In this document: in pieces, positions 8,980 to 19,215 of the stretch
Position numbering within the stretch: position 1 is the first letter of the stretch
How the letters are laid out: each line of letters begins with the position of its first letter
DNA from: an uncultured Klebsiella sp.
GTDB lineage: Bacteria; Chloroflexota; Chloroflexia; Chloroflexales; Roseiflexaceae
DNA: 64,000 nucleotides
Assembly (NCBI GenBank): GCA_964569955.1
Contig: CAZMWB010000002.1
Span: 39,753-103,752, forward strand
Reading direction: 5' to 3'
Made by a program: the position numbers and the translations under genes
The notes under the pieces: generated by a model
What the model saw: the letters and a program-made list of their open reading frames with translations, nothing else
Databases searched by the model: none
Told to the model about the DNA's origin: nothing

Positions 8980-10185
8980 TTACTGCCCCCACGCACTCTT
9001 TTGCCATTCAGCAATGATACGCCCATACACCGCAGCCGTAGACGCTGCAATCGTCTGCCAACCGTAGGTGATACGCGTATCATCATATGCAGAGCTTATC
9101 CGTTCGTTGGTCAGTGTGGGTTCATGTAGCGTCGCCACGAGTCCAGCAACCAATGCTTCTACGTTGTCCGGTTGCACGAGCACCCCGGTACGATTTGCTT
9201 GCACTACTTCGCGCAGACCACCCGTGTCGCTCACAACCACGGGGCAACGCAGTGCCATTGCTTCGAGCGCTACAATCCCAAAGGGTTCGTACAACGAAGG
9301 AAATACGGCGATATCCGCAGAAGAATACAACTTGTTGCGGTCTTCGTCACTAATAAACCCGGCAAACGTGACGGCACTGAGCACATCGTGCTGACGTGCA
9401 ACAGACTGAAGCTCATCGCGATACCCGCCCACTCCAGCCAATACGAGACGCGCATGGTGATACGTGCGACGCAAGCCGGCGAGTGCGGCTATCAACACGT
9501 GCCACCCTTTTTCGTGAACGAGACGCCCAACAGCAAAGAGCAATGGGGCATCGAATGGTTGAAACCGCATACGAAAGTGTTGACGATCTTGGATGGCCAA
9601 AAATGGATAACTGGGAATGACTACACCATTAGGCACCATATCAATTTTGTCGTGGGGGAGATGGAAATCACACATAAGCTGATGCACCATGTAGTGTGAA
9701 CAGACAATCACCCGCCATGATTCATATGTAAGCCGCCATTCGATCGCATCAATGGTACGCGATTCGGGTGCAGAAACATCGCCACGCCGACGACCACGTT
9801 CACTCGCATGAATTGTAGCCAAGAGTGGTCGCCGATAATGGTGCTTCAGTGTAATAGCCACATCAGCGAGTAACCAGTCGTGCACATGGATAAGATCATA
9901 GCCGCCATGGTGTTGCCATAGCGCATGGGCCGCATTCACAAAAGCGACTGTCGCATCAGAAACACGAGTAACAATGTCTAGCGCACGCTCGTTCAGTGGC
10001 ACGCGCACGATATGCAGATTGGTGGTGATGTCTTCGTATTGGAGCGCACCCGCAGACCATGGAGTTAATAGCGTGATGTCTATACCTTGGCGTGCAAGCT
10101 GTGGAGCCAAATCTGCCACATGCCGACCAAGCCCACCGACCATATGGGGCGGGTATTCCCACGATATCATCAAGACGCGCATCAT
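8980..10185 (-). CDS. GT4 family glycosyltransferase (GlgA/GlgM-like N-terminus)
   Basis: N-terminal 'RVLMISWEYPPHMVGGLGRHV' and the C-terminal E-x7-E region 'YEPFGIVALEAMA'. AAGGAA RBS upstream. Confidence 0.8.
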   Translation of the reverse strand: MMRVLMISWEYPPHMVGGLGRHVADLAPQLARQGIDITLLTPWSAGALQYEDITTNLHIVRVPLNERALDIVTRVSDATVAFVNAAHALWQHHGGYDLIHVHDWLLADVAITLKHHYRRPLLATIHASERGRRRGDVSAPESRTIDAIEWRLTYESWRVIVCSHYMVHQLMCDFHLPHDKIDMVPNGVVIPSYPFLAIQDRQHFRMRFQPFDAPLLFAVGRLVHEKGWHVLIAALAGLRRTYHHARLVLAGVGGYRDELQSVARQHDVLSAVTFAGFISDEDRNKLYSSADIAVFPSLYEPFGIVALEAMALRCPVVVSDTGGLREVVQANRTGVLVQPDNVEALVAGLVATLHEPTLTNERISSAYDDTRITYGWQTIAASTAAVYGRIIAEWQKSAWGQ

Positions 10186-10210
10186 TCGGTTCCTTTACGC
10201 CGTTGACAAT

Positions 10211-10239
10211 ATTATACTCAACGAAGCGTCGAGTTACAA
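10211..10239 (-). promoter_or_regulatory. candidate sigma70-type promoter for the GT4 gene
   Basis: On the minus strand: TTGTAA (10239-10234), a 17-nt spacer, then a perfect TATAAT (10216-10211). This lies about 25 nt upstream of ATG 10185. Confidence 0.45.
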
Positions 10240-10281
10240 CATTCATCATCGCGTACGCACAACGATACACCGAGTATCTGA

Positions 10282-10290
10282 TGGTACAAT
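10282..10290 (+). promoter_or_regulatory. extended -10 element (TGgTACAAT) abutting the EamA start codon
   Basis: TG at 10282-10283 and TACAAT at 10285-10290. The A of ATG 10297 is 7 nt downstream, the usual transcription-start distance. Confidence 0.35.
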
Positions 10291-10296
10291 GAGGAT

Positions 10297-11214
10297 ATGA
10301 ATACATCCGCACAGGTATCATCACGTATGATTGCGGCGAGTGTCCTTGCCGTTGGTATCTGCGTCATTGCGACATCTTCCATATTAATCAGGTTCGTGCA
10401 AGCGCTACAGATTCCTTCGTTGAGCATTGCTGCGATTCGCTTAGGCATTTCCGCACTGGTACTTACCAGTCTGGTGCTGGTGCGTTGGCGCCATGCCACC
10501 ATTACATATACATGGACACATGTCCGCCTCGCATTCGTTTCCGGGCTCTGTCTAGCCATTCATTTTGCCGCATGGATTCATTCGCTCGAATACACGACTG
10601 TTGCCTCATCGGCAGCGCTGGTTGCCACCACTCCGCTTTGGGTCGGCATTGCGGCTATGCTCATCTACAAAGAACGCTTGAATCGCTGGCGCATCATGGG
10701 CATGGCACTCACCGTGGCAGGATCTATCGTCATTGCACTCGGTGATCAACAGCATCCTCATGCCACACAACCCCTCCTCGGCAATAGTTTGGCTTTGATT
10801 GGGGCGGTCAGTGGCTCCATCTACTTTTTAATTGGACGAGGCGTGCGCAATCACATCCCGCTCCTCCACTACATCTGGATAACGTACGGTAGTGCCGCTA
10901 TTGCATTGGGTGTTGCATCGCTAGCACTCGGTATCACCGTCTTGCCCACACAACCTATTGCATGGCTCTACCTAGCGGCACTCGCACTCGGTCCCCAATT
11001 AATTGGCCACACCTCAATTAATTATGCGATGCGCCATCTATCGGCGCTCCTAGTGACTATTGCCATGCTCGGTGAGCCTGTGGGTTCGGCAATACTTGCG
11101 TTTGTACTTTTTAGTGAACGTATTGAAAGCATGCAACTGGTCGGATTATTAGCCCTCTTAATTGGTATCGCACTTACCGCGTTCGGCGAAACACGCGAGG
11201 AACAAACTCCATGA
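10297..11214 (+). CDS. DMT superfamily (EamA-like) transporter
   Basis: About 10 hydrophobic helices in two similar halves, a typical EamA-repeat architecture. Its stop overlaps the larB start (ATGA). Confidence 0.75.
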   Translation: MNTSAQVSSRMIAASVLAVGICVIATSSILIRFVQALQIPSLSIAAIRLGISALVLTSLVLVRWRHATITYTWTHVRLAFVSGLCLAIHFAAWIHSLEYTTVASSAALVATTPLWVGIAAMLIYKERLNRWRIMGMALTVAGSIVIALGDQQHPHATQPLLGNSLALIGAVSGSIYFLIGRGVRNHIPLLHYIWITYGSAAIALGVASLALGITVLPTQPIAWLYLAALALGPQLIGHTSINYAMRHLSALLVTIAMLGEPVGSAILAFVLFSERIESMQLVGLLALLIGIALTAFGETREEQTP

Positions 11215-11930
11215 CAGACCCGATTTTGCACATCGAATCATTTGCGAGCATTGACTTACTCAGGCAACAACGTACTGGCATGCCTGAAGTCATCTATGCG
11301 ATTAACAAAACGACCGCCCAAACACTCGCCATCACAGCGGGGTTGTTGGCACGCAATGGGCGCGCATTAATCAGTCGCGCGTCGCCAGAAACCGTGGCCG
11401 CCCTGTGTGCAACATATGACACAACAATGCTGACACGTGGAACCGCCGATCGCATAATCACCGTGGCCACAGCCGCAAGCCATCTGCCCACACCGGGTGG
11501 CGAAGTCGGCATTATCGCTGCAGGCACGAGTGATCTGCCTGTAGCCGATGAAGCCGCTGCCATCTGTCATGAGCTCGGTTGCACCATACACCGCGTCACC
11601 GATGTGGGGGTAGCTGGACTCCATCGTCTTTTTGACCCGCTCCGCAGATTGCTCACTGTCCCCGTGGATGTTATTATTGTGGCTGCAGGCATGGACGGCG
11701 CATTACCGTCGGTAGTCACAGGACTCGTGGATGTGCCTGTTATCGGGTTGCCTACTGCGGTTGGATATGGTTTTGGTGGTGAAGGGCATGCCGCACTCGG
11801 GACTATGCTCCAGAGTTGCGCCCCAGGAATTACCGTCGTCAACATTGATAATGGCGTAGGGGCAGGTGCCGCTGCTGCACGCATTGCCCGTCGAGCGTTT
11901 TTGGCACGTCAAAAAGGAGCTTCAGCATGA
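11211..11930 (+). CDS. larB: nickel-pincer cofactor biosynthesis protein LarB (AIR-carboxylase/PurE-like)
   Basis: 'IIAAGTSDLPVADEAA', 'VGVAGLHRL', 'IVAAGMDGALPSVVTGL' and 'GLPTAVGYG' are PurE-like LarB motifs. Confidence 0.75.
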   Translation: MTDPILHIESFASIDLLRQQRTGMPEVIYAINKTTAQTLAITAGLLARNGRALISRASPETVAALCATYDTTMLTRGTADRIITVATAASHLPTPGGEVGIIAAGTSDLPVADEAAAICHELGCTIHRVTDVGVAGLHRLFDPLRRLLTVPVDVIIVAAGMDGALPSVVTGLVDVPVIGLPTAVGYGFGGEGHAALGTMLQSCAPGITVVNIDNGVGAGAAAARIARRAFLARQKGASA

Positions 11931-12763
11931 CCTCAACCACACTTGCAGACAAATACGCCCACCTCCAACAAATACTGCGCGACATGGGCAGTGTGCTGGT
12001 TGCCTTTTCTGGTGGCGTGGATAGCACCGTCTTGCTCAAAGTGGCATATGATGTCCTCGGTGAACGCTGTGTGGCGGGCACCGCAGATTCCGAAACATAC
12101 CCGCGCGAAGAGCTCGCGCAGGCCGAGCAACTCGCACGTGACATTGGTGCCCGCCACGTGGTAGTGACCACCCACGAGTTAGCGCTCGAAGGATATGCGC
12201 AGAACGACACCGACCGCTGCTACTACTGCAAAAAAACCCTGTTTAGCGAGCTCGAACCACTCGCCCGTGAGCTGGGTATGCAGACCATCGTGTATGGTGC
12301 TATGGCCGATGACGTGGGGACCCACCGTCCAGGACACCAGGCTGCGAGTGAATTCAATGTGCGCAGTCCGCTCATTGAAGCCGGTCTCGGCAAAGCGGAA
12401 ATTCGTGTCCTCGCCAAGAATTTCGGGCTTTCGAACTGGAATAAACCGTCCTATGCCTGTCTCTCATCGCGTATCCAATACGGCGAACGGGTGACGGCCG
12501 AAAAATTACGTGTCCTCGATGACGCAGAACGCTTCATGCGCACGTTGGGTTTTCACCAGTTTCGTGTGCGTCACCATGACGTGATTGCACGCATCGAAGT
12601 CACCGCCGACCAATTTGCGTTGGCAGTCACACATCGCGACACAATCACGGCACAACTCAAAGCACTCGGCTACAAGTATGTGACACTCGATCTCGCCGGC
12701 TATCGGTCGGGGAGCATGAACGAGCAGAAAGATCCCAAACCACAAGAAATTTTGCTGATATGA
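11927..12763 (+). CDS. larE: ATP-dependent sacrificial sulfur transferase LarE (PP-loop ATPase)
   Basis: PP-loop 'VAFSGGVDSTVLL', 'DRCYYCK', and the conserved Cys context 'PSYACLSSRI'. ATGA overlap with larB. Confidence 0.75.
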   Translation: MTSTTLADKYAHLQQILRDMGSVLVAFSGGVDSTVLLKVAYDVLGERCVAGTADSETYPREELAQAEQLARDIGARHVVVTTHELALEGYAQNDTDRCYYCKKTLFSELEPLARELGMQTIVYGAMADDVGTHRPGHQAASEFNVRSPLIEAGLGKAEIRVLAKNFGLSNWNKPSYACLSSRIQYGERVTAEKLRVLDDAERFMRTLGFHQFRVRHHDVIARIEVTADQFALAVTHRDTITAQLKALGYKYVTLDLAGYRSGSMNEQKDPKPQEILLI

Positions 12764-12777
12764 CGGTACATGACCCA

Positions 12778-12817
12778 AAAACGCAAGATGCCCGAGCAAT
12801 TCGAGCATCTTGCGTTT
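12778..12817. terminator. bidirectional terminator-like hairpin
   Basis: 14-bp stem aaaacgcaagatgc (12778-12791) / gcatcttgcgtttt-like (12805-12817), between the convergent larE (+) and GNAT (-) genes. Confidence 0.6.
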
Positions 12818-13340
12818 ATGTCAATGATTTATACCAAAAACTCGTGCCTGCCAAGCTCCCGTCTGGGCTGTAGGCAAAATCAGGGACTTCACCGAATTTT
12901 ATCCAGCCACAACGGGCATACAGCTGCTCACCCCCATCACCACGTTTGGTGTCGAGTATCAGCAGGCGCCAGCCCTGAGTACGCGCAAATGCTTCAAGCA
13001 GATTCATCAGCATGGTACCGATACCTTGGCGTTGTGCATCGGGGTGCACCAACACCTTCATAGCTTCAGCACGATGCTTCCCATTGGCCGATGACGCCTG
13101 TTCGATTTGGGCGGTACCAACGACCACGCCATCCGCGTCACGTATTACCACGATATGCTTTTGCCCTCGCTCTACGGCGGTAGCGACACCCTGCCAATAG
13201 GTACGTAGCGCTTCGTCTGTGACTGGCAAGACAAAGCCCACACTCGCATTCTGCGCAATCACCGCAGACAGAATGTCACATAACCGGGGTAGTACGGCAT
13301 GTACGTGTGATGCATCAAGCCATTCTGAATGGTAGCTCAT
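12816..13340 (-). CDS. GNAT family N-acetyltransferase
   Basis: Acetyl-CoA binding motif A region '[17 protein letters not shown]'. ATGA overlap with the galT stop. Confidence 0.75.
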   Translation of the reverse strand: MSYHSEWLDASHVHAVLPRLCDILSAVIAQNASVGFVLPVTDEALRTYWQGVATAVERGQKHIVVIRDADGVVVGTAQIEQASSANGKHRAEAMKVLVHPDAQRQGIGTMLMNLLEAFARTQGWRLLILDTKRGDGGEQLYARCGWIKFGEVPDFAYSPDGSLAGTSFWYKSLT

Positions 13341-14386
13341 GCCTTGTGCTCACGATAATGCTTCTCGGACAAATCACGTAAGCGTTTGGCGGCCTGTTCG
13401 GGAGTGATGTCGCGCTGTGGCTCCGCCAACAACTCGTACCCCACCATAAACTTGCGCACCGTGGCAGAGCGAAGCAGGGGTGGCACGATATGGATGTGCC
13501 AATGCCAATGCTCACTCTTGGTGCTCTTTGGTGGCGCTTGATGCACCCCTAGTGAATAGGGAAAAAGCGTGTTGAAGAGATTATCGTAGCGTGTCACCAC
13601 ACGTTTGAGCATATCGGCGAGATCGCCGACTTCCACATTCGTCATTTCGTTGAGCGATGCGTGCGGACGGCGCGGCAGAATCATCGTCTCGAACGGCCAA
13701 ATCGCCCACCAAGGGACCAGCGCAACGAATGCGTCGTTAATCGCCACAACCCGGTCGCCACTGGTGATTTCTTGGGCAAGATAGTCGCTCAACAGGGTGC
13801 GCCCATGACTGGCAAAATAGGCAAGCTGCTGGGCATCTTCACGAGCCACCAACGTGGGCACATGTTGTGTCGCCCACACTTGGCCATGTGGATGCGGATT
13901 ACTTGAGCCCATCATCGCACCGCGATTTTCAAAAATTTGCACATAACCGATATCGGGATGCTGACCGAGCTCGTGGTACTGTGCTTGCCAAATCCGCACC
14001 ACACGAGCAATATCATCGCGATGCATTTCACCGAGGGTCAAATCATGGCGTGGACTAAAACAAATAACACGGCAGATACCGCGCTCGCTTTCCGCACGCA
14101 ACAAACCGTGACTACTACCACCTGCGGGAGCATCGCTTTGCAACGCAGCAAAATCGTTATCAAAGACGAACGTATCTGCGTATGCAGGATTCGTATGACC
14201 GCCCACACGGGCATTGCCAGGGCACAGGTAGCATGTCGCATCATACTGCAACCGTGTTTCTGTGGGGAGGGTTTCGACCTGTCCCTGCCATGGTCGCTTG
14301 GTCCGATGCGGCGACACGAGCACCCACTCGTCGAGGAGCGGATTATAGCGTCTGTGCGAATGTTCGTCTGGGATAAACACATACAC
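13337..14386 (-). CDS. galT: galactose-1-phosphate uridylyltransferase
   Basis: 'HRRYNPL', Zn site 'CYLCPGN', active site '[11 protein letters not shown]', and 'HWHWHIH'. The start at 14386 is GTG. A GTG two codons downstream (14380) has better spacing to the GAAGG RBS. Confidence 0.85.
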   Translation of the reverse strand: MYVFIPDEHSHRRYNPLLDEWVLVSPHRTKRPWQGQVETLPTETRLQYDATCYLCPGNARVGGHTNPAYADTFVFDNDFAALQSDAPAGGSSHGLLRAESERGICRVICFSPRHDLTLGEMHRDDIARVVRIWQAQYHELGQHPDIGYVQIFENRGAMMGSSNPHPHGQVWATQHVPTLVAREDAQQLAYFASHGRTLLSDYLAQEITSGDRVVAINDAFVALVPWWAIWPFETMILPRRPHASLNEMTNVEVGDLADMLKRVVTRYDNLFNTLFPYSLGVHQAPPKSTKSEHWHWHIHIVPPLLRSATVRKFMVGYELLAEPQRDITPEQAAKRLRDLSEKHYREHKA

Positions 14387-14420
14387 CTTCTTCCTAGACC
14401 GGATATGCGCTTATCATACC

Positions 14421-14456
14421 AAAAACTACGGGGTATGCGTGATGCACACCCCGTAG
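14421..14456 (-). terminator. rho-independent terminator after the SIMPL gene
   Basis: 9-bp stem ctacggggt / accccgtag (14426-14456), followed on the minus strand by T5 (aaaaa at 14421-14425 on the plus strand). Confidence 0.65.
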
Positions 14457-14480
14457 AAAGAACATGGATGTAACGACACC

Positions 14481-15224
14481 TCAGCGAATAGCAAAACTAA
14501 TCGAAACGTCTACGGTAATCGCCTGTTGACCAGTCGCCACTGGTACTGCATCGGCCATCGCCATTTCGGCACGTGCATAGGGCATAATTGGACCGCTGCT
14601 CGATACCGATTCATTGATGCTGATAATTTCACCCAAGCTAACCCCTGCTGCGGCCGCCAGCGTTTCAGCTTTGGCGCGTGCTACTGCGACTGCTTTAGTT
14701 CGTGCTTCTGCTTGTTGAGCTGTAGGGTCTGCCACGTCGAATGACAAGCCAGAAATATTGTTGGCACCAGACTGCACCACTTGATCAAGGATGGCACCAG
14801 CATTTTTCACATCACGGATAATCACTACCACCGCGTTGGTTACCTGATACCCGGTAATTTTAGTGTTAGTTGCTTGGTCGTAGGTCGGGTAAATCGAAAA
14901 ATCACGAGTCTGGATGTCTTTTTCATCAACACCGAGTGATTTAATCGTCTCGATGACTGCTGCCGTTTTTCCCGAATTATCCGTCAATGCATCAGATGCA
15001 CTCTCCGCCTGTGATGACACCCCAATCTGCACGGTGGCTTGATCGGGGACTGCGTATACAACACCAGAGCCAGCCACATCAATACGGCGTGACATAGCAG
15101 CAGTATGCATACCACTTACAACCATATTATTGCCAGATTGACCGAAGAGTTGGGGCAATGCACTACCGATTGCCGCTGCAATCAGTGTAAACACAATCAA
15201 TAAAAATCCTTCGAAACGCGTCAT
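14481..15224 (-). CDS. SIMPL (DUF541) domain protein with N-terminal signal/anchor
   Basis: N-terminal hydrophobic 'FLLIVFTLIAAAIG'. 'VQIGVSSQAESA...', 'GYQVTNAVVVIIRD' and 'ITVDVSISFAI' fit the SIMPL pattern. Start ATG 15224 follows an AAAGGAA RBS. Confidence 0.65.
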   Translation of the reverse strand: MTRFEGFLLIVFTLIAAAIGSALPQLFGQSGNNMVVSGMHTAAMSRRIDVAGSGVVYAVPDQATVQIGVSSQAESASDALTDNSGKTAAVIETIKSLGVDEKDIQTRDFSIYPTYDQATNTKITGYQVTNAVVVIIRDVKNAGAILDQVVQSGANNISGLSFDVADPTAQQAEARTKAVAVARAKAETLAAAAGVSLGEIISINESVSSSGPIMPYARAEMAMADAVPVATGQQAITVDVSISFAIR

Positions 15225-15243
15225 TTCCGTTCCTTTCAATACA

Positions 15244-15280
15244 AACCACACACCCACTTATAAGACGTGGATGTGTGGTT
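15244..15280 (-). terminator. possible terminator hairpin after the M32 gene
   Basis: 14-bp stem with one mismatch (aaccacacacccac / gtggatgtgtggtt). There is no clear T-tract. Confidence 0.3.
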
Positions 15281-15295
15281 GATTGTTTCATGAGA

Positions 15296-16801
15296 CTACA
15301 TTGAGTACAATTCACCATACTTTGTCTTGAGGTAGGCAAAATATGGGTCTACTGACAAATCATTTCCAGTTACCCGTTTTAATGTTCCAGGTGCATCCCA
15401 TCGACGTCCAGTGGCGTACAGATTTGTCTGTAACCATGTCAACAACGACTGATAGTTTCCAGCTTTGATGTCCGTAGCAATGTTCGGATTACTTGCAAGT
15501 GCTGCAGCATAAATTTGAGCCGACATCACATTACCGATAGTGTAACCCTGGAAAGAACCACCAATTGTACCAGCATACCAATGCACATCTTGTAACACAC
15601 CATCTTTGTCATCGCGTGGTTCTATTCCCAAGATATTCGCATATCGTTCTTTCCAAGTACGTGCCAAGTCTTTGACTGCCAACGTACCTTCCAACAATTC
15701 AAGTTCAAGTTCGAAGCGAATAATCACGTGGAGGTTGTATGTCACTTCATCGGCATCAGTACGAATCAACGAACGTGACACTTTGTTGATGGCACGATAG
15801 AAGGTATCGAGAGAAACGTGACCGAGTTGGGCGGGAAAAACGGCTTGTAAAGCAGGATACTGATGTTGCCAGAAGGTCCGAGACCGTCCAACAAGATTTT
15901 CCCACAAGCGAGACTGACTCTCATGCACACCACTCGACGTACCGTGAGCAAGCGGGGTACCTTCAAGTTCAAATGAGACACCTTGTTCGTACATGGCGTG
16001 TCCACATTCGTGAATCACGCTAAAAATACAGTCACCAAGGTCGTTTTCGCGCGCACGCGTGGTGATACGAATGTCACCATATGCAAGGCGCGCCTCAAAC
16101 GGATGCAACGCGGTATCGAGGCGACCACGATGAAAATCATAGCCGACCACTTCTGCCAATTTGCGACCATATTCCATCTGCATCGCAATCGGGAATGGTC
16201 CTTGCAAACATGTATCATCGGCAGGAGCCTGCCGACAGATGGCGTCCACCATGGGCACCAAGCCCTCGCGCAACGTTTTAAATAATGGTCGAATGGTAGA
16301 AACCGTCATGCCTGCATCCGATTGATCAATGAGTGGATCTGCAATATGTGCGAACCCAGGAAAGAACGATGCGTACTGACGACTCATCTCGAGCGTTTTT
16401 TCAAGGAATGGCACCACTTTCGCAAAATCATTGGCAGGACGTGCTTCGGCCCACGCCATATAACTTGCATTTGAATGCTCAGTCATTTCACTGACAAACG
16501 CTGCAGGAACACGAGTCGCTTGTTCGTAGTCTTTCGCTGTCACTGCTACAAGTTGCGAATCAATGCTATCCGATGGCCATTGTTCGGCCTGTTTGCGCAA
16601 CGTGTCGAGCAATCGCCCAATGGCCGGATCGGTGAATTTCTCGTGGAGCATGCGTGACATCAGCGCCATCTGTCGCCCACGACCTTCACCGGCACCTGCA
16701 GGCATGATGCTACTCTGGTCCCACCCCAACAACGCTTGAATAGCGTGGAGATCGCTCAACTCCGCCAAGCGGACTTTCAGTTCTTTGAGTTCATTCGACA
16801 T
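15296..16801 (-). CDS. M32 family carboxypeptidase (Taq-type)
   Basis: 'HECGHAMYEQG' (HExxH), 'HESQSRLWEN', 'IRTDADEVTYNLH', and N-terminal 'LLGWDQSSIMP'. Start ATG 16801 (MSNELKEL). Confidence 0.85.
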   Translation of the reverse strand: MSNELKELKVRLAELSDLHAIQALLGWDQSSIMPAGAGEGRGRQMALMSRMLHEKFTDPAIGRLLDTLRKQAEQWPSDSIDSQLVAVTAKDYEQATRVPAAFVSEMTEHSNASYMAWAEARPANDFAKVVPFLEKTLEMSRQYASFFPGFAHIADPLIDQSDAGMTVSTIRPLFKTLREGLVPMVDAICRQAPADDTCLQGPFPIAMQMEYGRKLAEVVGYDFHRGRLDTALHPFEARLAYGDIRITTRARENDLGDCIFSVIHECGHAMYEQGVSFELEGTPLAHGTSSGVHESQSRLWENLVGRSRTFWQHQYPALQAVFPAQLGHVSLDTFYRAINKVSRSLIRTDADEVTYNLHVIIRFELELELLEGTLAVKDLARTWKERYANILGIEPRDDKDGVLQDVHWYAGTIGGSFQGYTIGNVMSAQIYAAALASNPNIATDIKAGNYQSLLTWLQTNLYATGRRWDAPGTLKRVTGNDLSVDPYFAYLKTKYGELYSM

Positions 16802-16825
16802 ATGTGTGTCCCTCATTTCATGCAA

Positions 16826-17221
16826 CTACGCCGTCAAAAACGCATATTGGGCGGGAGTCAACGGCACAACCGACAAACGCCCGATTCGCACCAAATACGA
16901 ATCCGCAAATAACGGTTCTGCCTTGATTGACGCCAAATCCGGGCCATGAAGTAGTGCGCGTACCGCTACAACATCAACGACAACCAGCTTGTGCGTTGCG
17001 TCACGTGGATCGGCGTATGGCGCAGTCACCACACGTGCGACACCAGCACAACGACGCTCGTCACCCGTATGATATATAACACATTCATCGCCAACCTGCA
17101 TGGTTTTGATGAAGTTGACCGCCATGGCATTTGCCACACCATCCCACACGGTGCGACCCGCCTCGACGAGCTGCGCAAAACGATAATCATCGGGTTCTGT
17201 TTTGAGTAACCAAAATGCCAT
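16826..17221 (-). CDS. EVE (PUA-like) domain protein
   Basis: 'MAFWLLKTEPDDY' is the typical EVE N-terminus. GGAGGA RBS upstream of ATG 17221. Confidence 0.7.
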   Translation of the reverse strand: MAFWLLKTEPDDYRFAQLVEAGRTVWDGVANAMAVNFIKTMQVGDECVIYHTGDERRCAGVARVVTAPYADPRDATHKLVVVDVVAVRALLHGPDLASIKAEPLFADSYLVRIGRLSVVPLTPAQYAFLTA

Positions 17222-17222
17222 G

Positions 17223-18407
17223 TTATTCCTCCACGGGACGCAATGCGAAGGCACCACGCCAAAGTGCAACTGCGACTACTGCAACTGCGGCACAGGCCAT
17301 CACCATACATACCAAAAAGACGCTTTGGGCTCCACCCGTGGCATCAAAAAGCAACCCACTGAGTGGAATACCGATCAACGGTGCAAGCCCCCATCCTGCA
17401 GCAGAGATTGCCGCCTGCGAACTAGCAGCCAGACCCGCTGGCGCACGCTTGGCTACGATAGAAACGAGCATGACAAAGGATAGACCGAATCCAGCACCAC
17501 GTAACACGGCAGCCAACAGCAAAATGTTGGGAGACCACGCCAATGCATAGGCAAGATGAGCCAAAGCAATAATAGTACAACCCAGCATCAATGTCTGCTC
17601 AGCACCGAGCCACGCCGAAAGCCGAGGAGCGTTGCGCATCAACGGTATTTCGGACATGCCAGTCACCCCCAACAAGAGCCCGATGTAGAGCCCACCGCCA
17701 CCAAGAGATGCCATTAAAATCCCCTCGAAGGTGCCACTCATACTCAGCGAACCAGCCATCAAGAATGCGGCCACCAGCAACGCACGCATGGCAGGGTCAC
17801 GCAATAGTGGCCCCCATGTGGGGCCCTGTCGCGGTGGGGCTTCTTCTTCGTCGAGGAGCAACGCAATTGCAGCCACGGGCAGGAAACCGATACACGCAGC
17901 CACAAACATGGGAGCGTAGCCAGTTTGCTGCCAAATAGCGCCACTCGTAATTGCAATGGTGGCAAACCCGAGCGACCCCCACATACGCATCGTACCAAAA
18001 TTCACTTGATGGTGTACGGCCATTTTGGCGACTATCCCGTCACCAATACCTGCGATGGGACTACGAACGATGGACATGAAAAGCATCAGTGGCGCGAGCA
18101 CAAGATAGTTAGTACTAGTACCAAGGAGATAAATGGAAATACCAGTCAATGCGATACAACCTGCCAGAATACGCACGCGGGCACGCCAACGGTCAGCAAG
18201 GCTCGCAATATAGGGAGCCGATGTGAGCATGAGCAACGGCAACATGGTGGCAAAAATGGCAATTTGCGTTCCCGATAAGCCGATTTCTTTGAAATGCACA
18301 AAGAGGAACGGTACATAAAATCCAACCACACCCCAGTAACCGAAGTAATAGAGTGCCCCCCGTAACACCGGGTTGCGCATCAACCCGTCCCAGCGTGTGT
18401 TTGCCAT
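17223..18407 (-). CDS. MFS transporter
   Basis: About 12 hydrophobic helices. The track's start at 18446 is TTG. ATG 18407 (MANTRWDG) has a GAGGA RBS and is preferred. Confidence 0.7.
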   Translation of the reverse strand: MANTRWDGLMRNPVLRGALYYFGYWGVVGFYVPFLFVHFKEIGLSGTQIAIFATMLPLLMLTSAPYIASLADRWRARVRILAGCIALTGISIYLLGTSTNYLVLAPLMLFMSIVRSPIAGIGDGIVAKMAVHHQVNFGTMRMWGSLGFATIAITSGAIWQQTGYAPMFVAACIGFLPVAAIALLLDEEEAPPRQGPTWGPLLRDPAMRALLVAAFLMAGSLSMSGTFEGILMASLGGGGLYIGLLLGVTGMSEIPLMRNAPRLSAWLGAEQTLMLGCTIIALAHLAYALAWSPNILLLAAVLRGAGFGLSFVMLVSIVAKRAPAGLAASSQAAISAAGWGLAPLIGIPLSGLLFDATGGAQSVFLVCMVMACAAVAVVAVALWRGAFALRPVEE

Positions 18408-18528
18408 ATAATCCTCGTAAGCAGATACGGTGCTAGTGTAACGCAAAATTGACGGTCACTTTCCAAATCATGCCCTATTTCCACTTATAATATGGAGGTG
18501 TACCAAATGCATTAATTAGGAAGCTACC

Positions 18529-19215
18529 ATGCACATTCGTTTCCATGTCGGTGGGCCACGCGCACATCCAGTTGACGAACAAGCCACCATTATCAGTACG
18601 TGGCTCGGCAGTCGCTATCGCATCAGTGTGCGCCATGACGCAGCAGCATTTGCCGACCTCGATGATGTTGATTTGCTCGTACCCATGGGGATGCTCTGGC
18701 CCGGCATGAATGCCGATTGGGCGGGTAACATGACGTATACGCCGCTTCCCAGTGAAGCACAGGCACAATTTGTACGCTATTGTGCAAGCAAACGCCCCCT
18801 GCTTATTCATCACGGTGCCATCGGCTGCTACAGCGATTGGCCAGAATACGCCCAACTGTTAGGGGTACAATGGGGCTGGCAACGAGCATCTCATTCACCA
18901 TTCCAACGCCACACCATCCAGATCGGGCAAACGCGTCACCCCGTAGTTGCAGGCATCTCTGATTTTGCAACCGAAGATGAGATTTACTACAAACTGTGGA
19001 TGGATGAAACACGTAATCCCACACATCACGCCTGGGCAGCATGGGACAACCAACAGCACCCCATGGTCACCACATTGTCACCATCTGCGACTACTGGACG
19101 CGCAGTCTACATTGCACTCGGCCACAACTTGCGTTCCATCGAGGCACCAGCAATGCGTCAACTATGGCGCAACAGCGTGTCATGGTTACTCCACGCAAAA
19201 GAAGGAGAGCTGTGA
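18529..19215 (+). CDS. ThuA-like domain protein
   Basis: The size, 'LLIHHGAIG', 'TEDEIYY' and 'YIALGHN' resemble ThuA (trehalose-utilisation) family motifs. It sits directly upstream of a Gfo/Idh/MocA gene, the classical thuA-thuB pairing. The call is from memory. Confidence 0.55.
   Translation: MHIRFHVGGPRAHPVDEQATIISTWLGSRYRISVRHDAAAFADLDDVDLLVPMGMLWPGMNADWAGNMTYTPLPSEAQAQFVRYCASKRPLLIHHGAIGCYSDWPEYAQLLGVQWGWQRASHSPFQRHTIQIGQTRHPVVAGISDFATEDEIYYKLWMDETRNPTHHAWAAWDNQQHPMVTTLSPSATTGRAVYIALGHNLRSIEAPAMRQLWRNSVSWLLHAKEGEL

Noticed and set aside
18449-18491. TTGACG and TATAAT elements upstream of the ThuA-like gene as a promoter
   Set aside because: The two hexamers are 31 nt apart, too far for a single sigma70 promoter. 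The TATAAT at 18486-18491 lacks a convincing -35, so I did not list it as a feature.
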